A stretch of 63,652 nucleotides of DNA, filler included, from Eubacteriales bacterium (GCA_045636665.1; 8 parts of 8 records of this genome joined end to end with filler, not necessarily neighbours in it); one strand, 5' to 3'. Positions 9,080-19,482 are shown, counted from the first letter of the whole stretch. Program-made: numbers and translations. Notes: generated from the sequence alone by a model not told the origin.

Positions 9080-10191
9080 TAATCCTTACCCCCTTTCTTT
9101 ACTCTGACGACACGGAATCGTACAAAGAAGTCCGCGACGAGAACCAAAAACAAAATTACACCCTGAAGCATATTCGCGAAGCTCGAGTCGACCTGCGAGA
9201 AGGATACCGCCGCAACGGTCGAGCCGTGCTGAAGAATACAGATAAGCGCCGAAACGACAAAGATCATCGGGGTGCTAAGCTTTGCAAGCCAAGCAACGAT
9301 AATGCCCGTCCAACCCACGTCGTCGGTAATCGCGGTTGAAAGCACGCCTGCCGTACCAACCTTGAATGCCGCCGCAAGACCGATAAGCGCCGCAGAAAGA
9401 AATACGGTGCGAAGCACGATTTTGTTAACCTTCATGCCTGCGTATTTTGCGGTGCTCGCGCTGTCACCGACAACGCCGATTTCATAGCCCTGCTTGGTGT
9501 ACTTAAGATAAAAGAATATCAAAACACCGATAAGTGCGGTAAGAATTACGGTTATATTCAGCTCAAAATTGCCGCCCAACGAAAACGACGGGAATTGCGC
9601 TGTATCCGCAAAGCTTTCAAACACGGGACGCGCGGAATCGGCTTGAAGGAAGAAGTTCCAATCCGCCTTTGTTTCGCCGATAAAGTACAACACATACAAC
9701 GCAACGTAATTGAGCATAAGCGTCATAAGAGTTTCGTTAGTGCCGAATTTTACCTTAAGCGCGCCTGCGATAAGTCCGTAAATACCTGCCGCAAGCATTG
9801 CCGCAAGGCACATAACGATAAGCGTAACCGCCATCGGAAGCGAAGCGCCGAGCTGGAACGCAACGACAGCCGCCGCGATAGAGCCCATTATAAACTGACC
9901 TTCACCGCCGATGTTCCAAAAACGCATTTTAAACGCCAAGGAAAGTGCGACCGACGTAAGAACAAGCGGAACGAACTCTTTAAGATAGTTCATAAAGGTC
10001 TTATAGGCGATTCTGTTGCCCACGGTACCCATTGTGAACATTTGAGAATAATATTCGAAGGGGTTAACTCCGATAGCGGCAAGGATGATTGCTCCGACCG
10101 CCAACGCCGCGATAACGGCGATAACATAATAACAGCAACGCTGCCAAAGCGGACAGTTGTCGCGTTTTACGATATGAAATCTCATAATCAC
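9079..10191 (-). CDS. Nucleoside/sugar ABC transporter permease
   Basis: FWNIGGEGQ, NETLMTLMLNY and GYEIGVVGDS..TAKYAG. Confidence 0.92.
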   Translation of the reverse strand: MIMRFHIVKRDNCPLWQRCCYYVIAVIAALAVGAIILAAIGVNPFEYYSQMFTMGTVGNRIAYKTFMNYLKEFVPLVLTSVALSLAFKMRFWNIGGEGQFIMGSIAAAVVAFQLGASLPMAVTLIVMCLAAMLAAGIYGLIAGALKVKFGTNETLMTLMLNYVALYVLYFIGETKADWNFFLQADSARPVFESFADTAQFPSFSLGGNFELNITVILTALIGVLIFFYLKYTKQGYEIGVVGDSASTAKYAGMKVNKIVLRTVFLSAALIGLAAAFKVGTAGVLSTAITDDVGWTGIIVAWLAKLSTPMIFVVSALICILQHGSTVAAVSFSQVDSSFANMLQGVILFLVLVADFFVRFRVVRVKKGGKD

Positions 10192-11771
10192 GCCTCCTCT
10201 CCGTTATTGGACTCGAACAAGCTGTCCTTTGCGATGCCTGCAGGCTTGTCCTCATATTTTTCGCTGAGGTCCAAAACGCCCGTCATCATAAGTCCAAGCT
10301 CCTCTTTCGAGGTCTTATGAGCGTGTACGACGCCCATAACCTTGCCGTGACAAAGCACCATTATCTTGTCGCAAAGCGCCATCATAACGTCAAGGTCTTC
10401 GCCTACGAACAAAATGCCGACGCCGTCAAGCTTTTGCTTGTTGAGAATGTTATATATAGCGTAAGAAGAATTGATATCCAATCCGCGCACGGGATATGCA
10501 GTAACGATTACGTTAGGGCCGGCTTTGATTTCGCGGCCAAGCAAAACCTTTTGCACGTTACCGCCCGAAAGACGGCGCACCGGTGTTTCGGTCGACGGAG
10601 TGACTACCTCAAGCTCGTTGATAACCTGCTCCGCATCTGCTCTGCCGCGCTTGCGGTCAACAAGCGGACCCTTGCCGTCGCGGTAGTTTTTCAGAAGCAT
10701 ATTTTCGGTAATCGACATCGAGGGAGCAAGACCCATTCCCAAACGGTCTTCGGGGATAAAGGACATCGAAATACCCTTTTCCAATATCGCCTTGGGGGAA
10801 AGGCCGACGATATTATCGCCCTTGTGGATCATTTGTCCCTTTTCGATAACACGCAAGCCTGCGATAGCTTCGCAAAGCTCCTTCTGTCCGCAACCGGCGA
10901 TGCCGGCAACGCCCAAAATTTCGCCGCCGCGAATATAAAAGTTCACGTTATCAATAGCTACGCTTCCCTCGTCATTGCGAATAACAAGATCGCGCACCTC
11001 AAGCAACGGACGGGTTTTTTCAACAACGGGTCTGTCGATATTAAGGTCGACCTTTCTGCCAACCATCCACTCGGTCAATTCCTGCTCGTTGGTTTCGGCA
11101 GTGTTGACGGTCGTTATATATTCACCCTTACGCAAAATTGCAACGCGGTCGGAAATTTCCATAACCTCGTTCAATTTATGGGTGATAATGATTATCGCGT
11201 GGCCTTCTTCCTTCATACGGCGAAGCACACCGAAAAGCTTTTCGATTTCCTGAACGGTGAGAACCGCAGTCGGCTCGTCAAGAATTATCGTTTTCGCGCC
11301 GTAAGAAAGCACCTTGATTATTTCAAGGGTTTGCTTTTCGGAAACCGCCATATTATAAACGAATTTCTTGGGGTCGATGTCAAACCCGAATTTACGAGAA
11401 ATGTCCTCGACGTATTTATAACGGTCTTTTTTAAGGATAGCGCCCGTTTTATCCTGTCCCATCCAAATATTATCGGCAGCAGAAAAAACCTCCACCAGCT
11501 TAAAGTGTTGGTGAACCATACCGATGCCGTATTTTTTACTGTCTTCGGGAGAATCAATGGAAACCTCGTTGCCGTCAACGAAAATACTGCCGCTGTCCGG
11601 CTTGTAAATACCCGAAAGCATATTCATCAGCGTCGTTTTGCCCGAACCGTTTTCACCCAGCAAAGCAAGAATTTCACCCTGCTTGACAGCCAGATTTATA
11701 TTACTGTTTGCAACAACGCTGCCAAATGTTTTCGAAATGTTTCTCATCTCAATAGCGTATTGATCTGCCAC
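10188..11771 (-). CDS. ABC transporter ATP-binding protein with tandem NBDs (CUT2/nucleoside type)
   Basis: GENGSGKTT, ILDEPT and LSGGNVQK; GTG start after AAAGGAGG. Confidence 0.93.
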   Translation of the reverse strand: MADQYAIEMRNISKTFGSVVANSNINLAVKQGEILALLGENGSGKTTLMNMLSGIYKPDSGSIFVDGNEVSIDSPEDSKKYGIGMVHQHFKLVEVFSAADNIWMGQDKTGAILKKDRYKYVEDISRKFGFDIDPKKFVYNMAVSEKQTLEIIKVLSYGAKTIILDEPTAVLTVQEIEKLFGVLRRMKEEGHAIIIITHKLNEVMEISDRVAILRKGEYITTVNTAETNEQELTEWMVGRKVDLNIDRPVVEKTRPLLEVRDLVIRNDEGSVAIDNVNFYIRGGEILGVAGIAGCGQKELCEAIAGLRVIEKGQMIHKGDNIVGLSPKAILEKGISMSFIPEDRLGMGLAPSMSITENMLLKNYRDGKGPLVDRKRGRADAEQVINELEVVTPSTETPVRRLSGGNVQKVLLGREIKAGPNVIVTAYPVRGLDINSSYAIYNILNKQKLDGVGILFVGEDLDVMMALCDKIMVLCHGKVMGVVHAHKTSKEELGLMMTGVLDLSEKYEDKPAGIAKDSLFESNNGEEA

Positions 11772-11851
11772 AAAGTCCCCTCCTTTAGGTCCTTTTAAAA
11801 CACAAAAAAGCAAGCAATATGCTTGTTTGCACTTTTGCATTTAAAAGAAAA

Positions 11852-11879
11852 CGGGCCGGTCGGATGTCCGGCCGGCCCG
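11852..11879 (-). terminator. GC-rich intercistronic stem-loop after the BMP gene
   Basis: CGGGCCGGTCGGA-TG-TCCGGCCGGCCCG followed by a U-rich run on the minus strand. Confidence 0.65.
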
Positions 11880-11896
11880 GATGCTTTATAAATTAA

Positions 11897-13090
11897 TTAT
11901 GCTTCTTGAACGCCTGCTACGTAGTAGTTCATGGTGCCGGTGATAACGCCGTCTGCAACAGAAGCGCCGCCTGCAGCAACGATTACGTTGCCAGCGTTGT
12001 CCTTAAGGTCAGCGTTTGCCTTGGTTACGGTTGCTTTGCCGTCGGTAACGGTAATGGTAAGCTTAACGCCGGAGAATACGTCCCAAGAACCGTCAACGAT
12101 AAGATCTCTAACCTGCTTAATAGCGTCAGCGGTGCCGGGAGCACAGTTTTCGCTGAGAGGAGAAACGTCAACGAAGTTTTCCTTGAGGCCGCCATAGTAT
12201 GCGGGAGTGCCCATCTTGGTAACGAATTCGCTTGCTTGGCAATTCATTGCGGTTTCGATAGCGGTCTTGTAATATACGTCCCAGTGCCAGATAGCAGCGG
12301 TAAGGTGTGCCTTGGGAGCATCGGGAGTCATATCGGAGTTGTAACCGCAGCCGAATACGTTAGCATCCTGTGCAGCGATTTGAGGCTGTGCGGAGTCGCA
12401 GTGCTGAGCGATGATGCCGCAGTTGAGAGAGTTGATAAGTTCTTTTGCGAATGCAGATTCGTTTACTTCATCTGCCCATGCGCCGAGCTTCTTAACGTAA
12501 ACCTTTGCATCGGGGTTAACTGCTTGTACGCCGAGAGCGAAGCCGTTGATACCGGAAGCGGTTTCAGCATATTCGGTGCCGTATGCAGCAACGTAACCTA
12601 CGTTGTTGTTGCCGGTTTGAAGGCTCTTAAGACCTGCAGCGATACCGGAAAGGTAACGAGCTTGGTATGCACGGCCGAAATAGTTGTTGAAGTTGGTTTC
12701 GTTGCTCTTGTAGCCGGTGCCGTGAGAGAGTACAACGTCGGGATATTTGGTTGCAGCTTCTTCGATAGCGTCAATATAACCGAAGGAAATACCGAAGATG
12801 ATATTTACGCCCTTACCCACAAGGGTATCAACTGCTGCGAGAACCTGTTCTTTATCTTCGGGAACTTCGTCAACGATAAAGAGCTGCTTTTCAACGTCAA
12901 GACCGAGCTGCTTCATAGCTTCGGTAATACCGCTGTGGTGAGCGAAGGTGTAGCCTGCGGTGTCGTTCTTGCTGTTGATGTAAATCGCGCCTACCTTGAA
13001 ATCCGCCTTAGCATCGTCTTCGGACGAGCCGCAAGCAGTGAAGGAGAGGAGCATCAAAGCTGCAAGAAACAATGCGATAAACTTTTTCAT
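11897..13090 (-). CDS. BMP family ABC substrate-binding lipoprotein (nucleoside/purine)
   Basis: Lipobox FTAC; FGISFGY, YQARYLSGIAAG, INGFALG, AQHCDS and GYNSD. Confidence 0.93.
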   Translation of the reverse strand: MKKFIALFLAALMLLSFTACGSSEDDAKADFKVGAIYINSKNDTAGYTFAHHSGITEAMKQLGLDVEKQLFIVDEVPEDKEQVLAAVDTLVGKGVNIIFGISFGYIDAIEEAATKYPDVVLSHGTGYKSNETNFNNYFGRAYQARYLSGIAAGLKSLQTGNNNVGYVAAYGTEYAETASGINGFALGVQAVNPDAKVYVKKLGAWADEVNESAFAKELINSLNCGIIAQHCDSAQPQIAAQDANVFGCGYNSDMTPDAPKAHLTAAIWHWDVYYKTAIETAMNCQASEFVTKMGTPAYYGGLKENFVDVSPLSENCAPGTADAIKQVRDLIVDGSWDVFSGVKLTITVTDGKATVTKANADLKDNAGNVIVAAGGASVADGVITGTMNYYVAGVQEA

Positions 13091-13250
13091 TTTGTTTCCT
13101 CCAAAATAAAATTTTTAGGGGTATCCCCTTTTTTACGGTAGTGTTTCTACCGCATATTATGTCATTATTCTACTACTAAAGCAAAAAAATTACAATAGTT
13201 TTCAGAAATTTCTCCCAAATAAATTAACAAAAAGTGAATTTTTGCCAATC

Positions 13251-14030
13251 TCAAATATTGCGGTATACCTCTCCGCCCTCGAGAAATACCGACGGAATGT
13301 CCTTGCCGTTAAGCTTTTCGGCAAGCAATCGCATCCCCGCATATTCCGAGCTATAGTGTCCGAGCACCATTATCGCGCGTTTTTCGCCGAAATAACAAGC
13401 GTCGCGCACGTATTCGTCAACGCAAACCTCGCCGACCTCGCCGGTAACAAAAATATCGCATCCGGGGTCAAAAAGCTTGTTTATCTGAGCCATTCCGACT
13501 CCGCCGAGTCCAAGACAAACCTTTTTAAGCTCGATATCGCAATCGCCGACGATTCTTATACACTCAACGTTAAGCTTTTCGCGCACAAGCTTTGCAAGGG
13601 TGCGAGGTGTTAATTTTTCTTCAAATTCGTATCTTCTCACGCCGAGGCATTCGATGGGATATTTTTTAACGACGTTAAGTCCAAGCGCGGAAATGAACCC
13701 TGCGTGAATCAAATCGTCCTCGCGGTGATGCGCGTGGTCGTGATAACGGAAAAGCGTTATTCCCGAAGCGATAAGCTTATCATATTTCAATCTATCGATT
13801 CCGTAAAATTCGCCTCCGCGGTCATCGCGCGAAAAGGTCGGCTCGTGCGTTATAATAACGTTTACGCCCTCGGCAACCGCCTTGTCGATAAGCTCTGCAG
13901 TAAGCTTAAAGCAGGTTCCGACCTTCTTCACCTCCACATCCGCATCTCCGACAATAAGTCCGTCGCAGGTGGGGTCGAGAATCGAAATTGCGCCTTCAAG
14001 TAAGCCTTCGTATAATTCTTTTGCTGTCAT
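13251..14030 (-). CDS. Nif3-like dinuclear metal-centre protein
   Basis: DGLIVGD, IITHEPTF, RYHDHAH, FVTGE and LGHYSSE. Confidence 0.82.
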   Translation of the reverse strand: MTAKELYEGLLEGAISILDPTCDGLIVGDADVEVKKVGTCFKLTAELIDKAVAEGVNVIITHEPTFSRDDRGGEFYGIDRLKYDKLIASGITLFRYHDHAHHREDDLIHAGFISALGLNVVKKYPIECLGVRRYEFEEKLTPRTLAKLVREKLNVECIRIVGDCDIELKKVCLGLGGVGMAQINKLFDPGCDIFVTGEVGEVCVDEYVRDACYFGEKRAIMVLGHYSSEYAGMRLLAEKLNGKDIPSVFLEGGEVYRNI

Positions 14031-14197
14031 TTTTTATCACCTCGTTTTTATTATAACATTTTTTGCGTCTATGTTCAAGTGCAAAAGAAAAAAGCCACGC
14101 GCGTGGCTTTTTCATTTATAATTTTACATATAGCTTGTTCAGAGCTTCGTGTTTCAAAATCATCAAGAGCTATTGTAACAAAAGCATTCCCAACGGC

Positions 14198-14636
14198 TTA
14201 TCGGTTGTTGTTTTTCGATTTGATATACATCGAAAGCGCCAACAGGCACAACGCGGGATAATAGGTTCCCATACAAGCGTTATCCGTCCAGCTCCAAAGT
14301 CCGATAAACCAGTCGAATACCAGCATCAAATCCGAGAAAAAGAACAGCGCGCTTGCGACGGCAATCGTTCCGGTGAGTGCGTTCCTTTCTCTGACAAAAT
14401 TGCCCAGTGCCTTGCCGAGCATAGTAGAGATAATCAGCGCATAAACGATACAAACAATGCGGAATACCGCCACTTCAAATGTGAGCAACGGACAGAACGT
14501 AAGAAAAATCAAGCATCCGACGAACAGCACTCCGCTGATGATATAATCGAGCTTCTGCATTTTCTGCATAAAGCAATAGGCGATAACAAAGCAAACGTGA
14601 CCGAGCGCAAAGGTTGCCGCGCCGATGATAAAATCG
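14198..14636 (-). CDS. YhhN/lysoplasmalogenase family membrane protein, 5' truncated
   Basis: GAATFALGHVCF, YALIISTM, LFFFSD and TYYPA; the first 12 aa of the listed ORF come from adapter. Confidence 0.8.
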
Positions 14637-14686
14637 AAGTCGGATCGTAGCCATGTCGTTCTGTGAGCCAAGGAGTTGATGTGATG
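14637..14686 (+). other. MGI/BGI DNBSEQ adapter plus probable barcode bases (artefact)
   Basis: AAGTCGGATCGTAGCCATGTCGTTCTGTGAGCCAAGGAGTTG at 14637-14678, then 8 nt to the contig end. Confidence 0.95.
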
Positions 14687-14786
14687 NNNNNNNNNNNNNN
14701 NNNNNNNNNNNNNNNNNNNNNNNNNNNNNNTTAATTAATTAANNNNNNNNNNNNNNNNNNNNNNNNNNNNNNNNNNNNNNNNNNNN
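14687..14786. other. Artificial contig linker
   Basis: N44-TTAATTAATTAA-N44. Confidence 0.98.
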
Positions 14787-15557
14787 TATATGTATTGGTC
14801 GTTTACCGACAGTCTTGTAAAAACCAATCTTAACAATACCGTAAAATGTCAGGTCGAAATACACGGCGGACATCTTGGTGATTGCGATTATCACGACGGA
14901 AAGATATATGCAAGCTATCTTCAAAATTCTCTTCCCGGACATGCTTGGGAGGATTGGACCGGATTTAAGATTTACGTTTTCGATGCGAACGATCTTCGCG
15001 TTTTAAATATAATAAATCTTGATATTTGCGATTATTACAAGAGCATCACCTGCAGTGATGAGGATACCCGCGGATTTCAGGGCATCGACGGCGTTACAAT
15101 AGCTCCCGATCCCGTAAGCGGTGAGGATAGACTGTTTGTGGCTTGCGCTCTTTATACGGGCGAAAAGTATTCGAATCAGTTAATACTTCAGTTTACTCTT
15201 GACGGCGTTTATGAAACCGAATATCACATTCCCACCGGCAACACCGTTTTCGGTATACAAAATTTGGATTACGATGCGGAAAACAAGGAATTTTGGTTCA
15301 CCACCTACGGTCCCAGCGAGCCGTATCAGCCCAAGGAAATCCTTTTCTGTATTTCGGGAGATTTAAAGGAAATCAAGAGAAAATATTGCTTCTCCACACC
15401 CTACGGCATAGAGTGTCTCGGTAAAGAGGGCTTTTATGCTTCGTATCAATACGGACAAAACGGCAGACGCGGCGGCGTTGCTTACCGTTGCGACGAATCG
15501 TTATTCGAAAACAACGTTTCCGAAGCCGAAATCGAAGGCTTTATACGCGGCAAATAA
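14787..15557 (+). CDS. Hypothetical protein, predicted beta-propeller, 5' truncated; paralogue of the next gene
   Basis: Colinear with 15627-16469 and shares long identical blocks. Confidence 0.8.
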   Translation, partial: YMYWSFTDSLVKTNLNNTVKCQVEIHGGHLGDCDYHDGKIYASYLQNSLPGHAWEDWTGFKIYVFDANDLRVLNIINLDICDYYKSITCSDEDTRGFQGIDGVTIAPDPVSGEDRLFVACALYTGEKYSNQLILQFTLDGVYETEYHIPTGNTVFGIQNLDYDAENKEFWFTTYGPSEPYQPKEILFCISGDLKEIKRKYCFSTPYGIECLGKEGFYASYQYGQNGRRGGVAYRCDESLFENNVSEAEIEGFIRGK

Positions 15558-15626
15558 GCTTTTGGAAAGAAATCGAATTTAACGCTTTGCAGCTTAAATA
15601 TTAAACATAATTCACAGGAGTAATTT

Positions 15627-16469
15627 ATGGAATTTGTTGAAGCTCTTAATCAGTATCAGCATATGCAGGGCTTTACGAGCGGAAACGGTCATATGTTCTG
15701 GTCGTTTACCGACAGCCTTATAAAAACCACGATGAACAGCATCGTTAAATGTCAGGTGCACGTGTCCGGCGGCCATATAGGTGACGTTGATTATCACAAC
15801 GGCAAAATTTATGCGAGCTTTATGAAGAACGCTCTTCCCGGTCACGCTTGGGCGGATTGGTCGGGCTATAAATTGATGGTATTCGATGAATATGATCTCA
15901 GAACGCTTGACGTTATAAATCTTGATATCTGCGATTATTACAAGAGCATTACCTGCACCGAAGAGGATACCCGCGGATTCCAAGGCATCGACGGTGTTGC
16001 GGTCGCGCCCGATCCCGTAAGCGGCGAGGATAAAATCTTTATCGCCTGCGCACTCTTTACGGGCGAAAAATATTCGAATCAGATAATTCTTCAGTTCGAT
16101 ATGAACGGTAAATACGAAACCGAATATCACATTCCCACGGGCAACACCGTTTTCGGTATTCAGAATTTCGATTACGATGCCGAAAATAAGGAATTCTGGT
16201 TCACTACCTACGGTTCATCTCAGCCCTATCAACCCAAAGAGGTGCTTTATTGCGTTTCGCACGATTTTAAGGAGATCAAGAGAAAATACCGCTTCTCGAC
16301 CCCATACGGTATTGATTGCCTCGGTAAGGATGGATTTTACGCCTGCTATCAGTTCGCAAGACACGGCAGACGCGGAGGCGTTGCATACCGTTGCGATGAA
16401 GCTTGGTTTGAAACTCCCAAGACCGATGCCGAGCTTAAAGAGATCATCTACGCAGACCTCGAAAATTAA
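15627..16469 (+). CDS. Hypothetical protein, predicted beta-propeller
   Basis: AGGAG RBS; recurring blade-like motifs HMQGF, HIGDVDY, GIDGV, GIQNFDYD and YGIDC. Confidence 0.8.
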   Translation: MEFVEALNQYQHMQGFTSGNGHMFWSFTDSLIKTTMNSIVKCQVHVSGGHIGDVDYHNGKIYASFMKNALPGHAWADWSGYKLMVFDEYDLRTLDVINLDICDYYKSITCTEEDTRGFQGIDGVAVAPDPVSGEDKIFIACALFTGEKYSNQIILQFDMNGKYETEYHIPTGNTVFGIQNFDYDAENKEFWFTTYGSSQPYQPKEVLYCVSHDFKEIKRKYRFSTPYGIDCLGKDGFYACYQFARHGRRGGVAYRCDEAWFETPKTDAELKEIIYADLEN

Positions 16470-16487
16470 ATCCAAAAAATATAAAGT

Positions 16488-16516
16488 AAAAAGCCCGCTC
16501 ATTGAGTGGGCTTTTT
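16488..16516. terminator. Bidirectional terminator
   Basis: AAAAAGCCCGCTCA-T-TGAGTGGGCTTTTT. Confidence 0.8.
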
Positions 16517-16531
16517 GTTATTCGTTATTTG

Positions 16532-19321
16532 TTATTCTTGCGCTTCCGATTCGGTTTCTTGCACTTCCGATTCGGTTTCTTGCACTTCCGATTCGGCTTC
16601 TTCCAAACCTTCTTCATCAAAGGAAGCTTTAGCATCATCCACTTGCGCTTCGTTTGAAATCGGAATAACCTTTACTTCAACCGATGAATCGGCTTCGAAT
16701 CCCGCGCCGCAATCGTCGTAAAAGTCAAACGAGAAGAATTCGTTTGTCGCCTTTTGCTTCTTCAAAACCTTGAAGTAAAGCATATAAAGAACGTATACGA
16801 ACAACGCGCCGAGCGATATCCAAACACCGCCGGGAAGGGTCAAATCGATTCCCGCAAAGCTTACGTCGGTCGAAACGACAAGTCCGGGAGTGGTGTAATT
16901 GAATGCAATTTCGTTTTCGCCTGCTTGACATTCAACGCCGACAAAACCATAGGTAACGCGCAAAACGTCGGTATCCTTGCCGTTTACCTTTGCGTGCCAG
17001 CCGTTTTCTTCATAAGGTACGCTGAAGTAAACGATTCTCGGCTCGTCGAGAGTGATTTTTGCATTGAAGCCGTAGGAATCATATTCAAACTCGCTGCAGC
17101 TCATACTGCGTCTGTCGCTGACCGATTCGGTAAATGCATTCTCGGTTGCCGTGACAGCATCCTTAACCGTTACTCGGGTCATAAACTGCGAATAATACGC
17201 AACCATATCGTCGGGCACTACAAGATATTTACAAAGCATCTTGTCGCGGTTTTCCTTGTTGTACTTCTTTTCGAAATCGGTTTGAGTCATAAACTCATCG
17301 TAAGCAAAGCCCATGGGGATATAGTTTTCGTTAACGTAAATATCAAAGCCGTTTTGCGATTCGAGATATTTAAATCCGAAAGCATCGTGCTTTTCGGTAT
17401 AGACCGTTTCGCCCGTTTCGGTTAAGACGATCTCGCCCGTTTTGGAATCAACCTTTTCTTTTCTCTTGTTTTTAGAGGTTTCGATAAAGGAATACTTCGT
17501 CGAGGTAAACGCTCTTAAACCGTAAAGTGAGCTTTCAGCTCTCGATCCGACGGTTCTCGAAACGCCGATAATCGGATAAAATTCCATTATCGAGGGAGGC
17601 ACTACGGTGTGGAAGCATTCGATAGTCGGATAATTCCAATAAATACCGAGATTGTCGATGGTCGATATGCTTGAATTACGGAAAAAGTCGATACGGTAAA
17701 ATTCCTCGTGCGGGTCGGGAAGTATAACCTCACCCTCGATACACTGGTCTACCATAAAATTACTGTTGTGAGAATACTGCTTGCCGTTGGTAATATGAAC
17801 GCATCCGTAAAGCACTGTCATTCCGCAAACGCCGTAAAGCAATGCGCGTTCAAACACCTTCGTTCCGCGGAATCTGCGGATGATAAATGCGGTAAGCGCA
17901 ATTCCGAGAAAAGCAATGCCGACGTAAAGCCAGAATCTGAAGTAATAGGGAGGATAACCGAGATTCATAACGTCATCCTCATTTTTGTACCAGAGAAGAC
18001 CGAGCGGCAACGCCACCGCGGTGCAGAAGAAGGTCATCAACGCTGTCGGAACTCTCCATTTTGTGCGGTTGTCCTCCAAGGCGATAACCGTCGCCAAGGT
18101 GAACATAAGAATCATCATATAAAGCCATCTTGCGTAATACGACGAATTGAAAAGGAAGAATATGCTGTTAAGCAACGGTACAAACGAGCAGATAACGAGG
18201 AATATCATCAAGCCCTTAAGCCATCTGCGTTTTTTGACCGTAAACAGAGCAAACACACCCGAAAGCGCAAACATCGGGAGATACATCGAAATCGAAGCCC
18301 ATCTCGTTTCGTGTCCGCTGAAGAAGTTAACGCGCGAGGGAATATCGGGCGGGAAGAAGTAGGATTCGAATATCTGACCGTATCTCTGCCAGTAAAATTC
18401 ACCGCTCTTGCGCCAATAAAGCAGGGACTTAAGGCTGTTCATTGCCGATTCGTCTTTGCCGTCACCCAACTGCTCGATAAAATTACCGAGAGTGTCCATA
18501 TAAGAGCTCGAAATTCTGCTGTTGCCCATAAGCGCGGCGGCGGCAGGCAGGAACATAAACATCGACATCGCAAAGCCGATGACCGATTCAAGTACAATCA
18601 GACCTAACTTGCCCAAAGTAATCTTGAACGAACGTGTTGACATTCTGAACAGGAAGTAAATAATGCAAAATACGACCTGACCTGCAAACATAAAGTAGTT
18701 TATAACCGCATTTATTGCAACTGCAACCGCGAAAACACCCTTGCGGTCGTTTTGCACAAGCTCTTCCATACCTATCAAAAGCAAGGGGAAGAAGGCAACA
18801 ACTTCGTGGAATTGGTTGAAAAACGTGTTATAAATTTGGAATCCCGAGAAGGAATAAAGCAACGCGCCGATAACCGCATAATTCTTGTTTTTAACGAATC
18901 TTTGCAGATACGCATAAGCGATAACCGCGGCGACGATGTATTTAACAATATAAATCGGAGCCATAAGGTAAGGCGCCCAAGATGACGGGAAGGCGCACAT
19001 AATCCAGAAAAAGGGACTTCCGAGCATATAATACGAATAACTGCCGATGAAGTTTGAGCCCATATCGGTAACCCAGTCCCAACCGAATGCGCCGTCTTGC
19101 ACCATTCTCACACAGTTTTCGTAAAAGCAAATCTGTTGAGCGTTATAATCGCCGTAATATAAGAATACGGGCGAACCGGTTTTTACCCATTCAACGATAA
19201 CGAACGGGACAGTGATGCATAGCGACACGATAAACGACCACCAAATCACCTTGCGGTAAAAATACCAAGGACTTTCGGGGTCGAATTTAAATTTATTTCT
19301 AAGTGCATTCAATGCGCTCAT
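16532..19321 (-). CDS. YfhO family membrane protein (GT-C type glycosyltransferase)
   Basis: GDYNAQQ, MGSNFIGSYSYYMLGSPF, LYSFSGF, YARWLY, FSVPYE.GW and IAFNYTTPG. Confidence 0.88.
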   Translation of the reverse strand: MSALNALRNKFKFDPESPWYFYRKVIWWSFIVSLCITVPFVIVEWVKTGSPVFLYYGDYNAQQICFYENCVRMVQDGAFGWDWVTDMGSNFIGSYSYYMLGSPFFWIMCAFPSSWAPYLMAPIYIVKYIVAAVIAYAYLQRFVKNKNYAVIGALLYSFSGFQIYNTFFNQFHEVVAFFPLLLIGMEELVQNDRKGVFAVAVAINAVINYFMFAGQVVFCIIYFLFRMSTRSFKITLGKLGLIVLESVIGFAMSMFMFLPAAAALMGNSRISSSYMDTLGNFIEQLGDGKDESAMNSLKSLLYWRKSGEFYWQRYGQIFESYFFPPDIPSRVNFFSGHETRWASISMYLPMFALSGVFALFTVKKRRWLKGLMIFLVICSFVPLLNSIFFLFNSSYYARWLYMMILMFTLATVIALEDNRTKWRVPTALMTFFCTAVALPLGLLWYKNEDDVMNLGYPPYYFRFWLYVGIAFLGIALTAFIIRRFRGTKVFERALLYGVCGMTVLYGCVHITNGKQYSHNSNFMVDQCIEGEVILPDPHEEFYRIDFFRNSSISTIDNLGIYWNYPTIECFHTVVPPSIMEFYPIIGVSRTVGSRAESSLYGLRAFTSTKYSFIETSKNKRKEKVDSKTGEIVLTETGETVYTEKHDAFGFKYLESQNGFDIYVNENYIPMGFAYDEFMTQTDFEKKYNKENRDKMLCKYLVVPDDMVAYYSQFMTRVTVKDAVTATENAFTESVSDRRSMSCSEFEYDSYGFNAKITLDEPRIVYFSVPYEENGWHAKVNGKDTDVLRVTYGFVGVECQAGENEIAFNYTTPGLVVSTDVSFAGIDLTLPGGVWISLGALFVYVLYMLYFKVLKKQKATNEFFSFDFYDDCGAGFEADSSVEVKVIPISNEAQVDDAKASFDEEGLEEAESEVQETESEVQETESEAQE
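16535..16602. repeat. 21-bp tandem repeat, 3 copies (ESEVQET) at the YfhO C-terminus
   Basis: TTCTTGCRCTTCCGATTCGGY units at 16535, 16556 and 16577. Confidence 0.9.
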
Positions 19322-19482
19322 AAAATAACTCTCCGATCAAATTTTTACATTATATTTTACAACTAAATCCGATAATTGTCAAGCGGTGTTATATTCAACA
19401 AGTTGTTAATATTTTGTTTCTTGACTTGTTAAAGGCAAGATGTTATACTTTTTAAAAACGAGTTGTTTGGAGGATAAAAGCT

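Noticed and set aside
13100..13160. Purine riboswitch upstream of the BMP nucleoside transporter
   Set aside because: Only two short hairpins are present, with no three-way junction or conserved purine-riboswitch core.
16535..16602. 21-bp repeats as a CRISPR array
   Set aside because: There are no spacers, the repeats are in frame within a CDS, and no cas genes are present.
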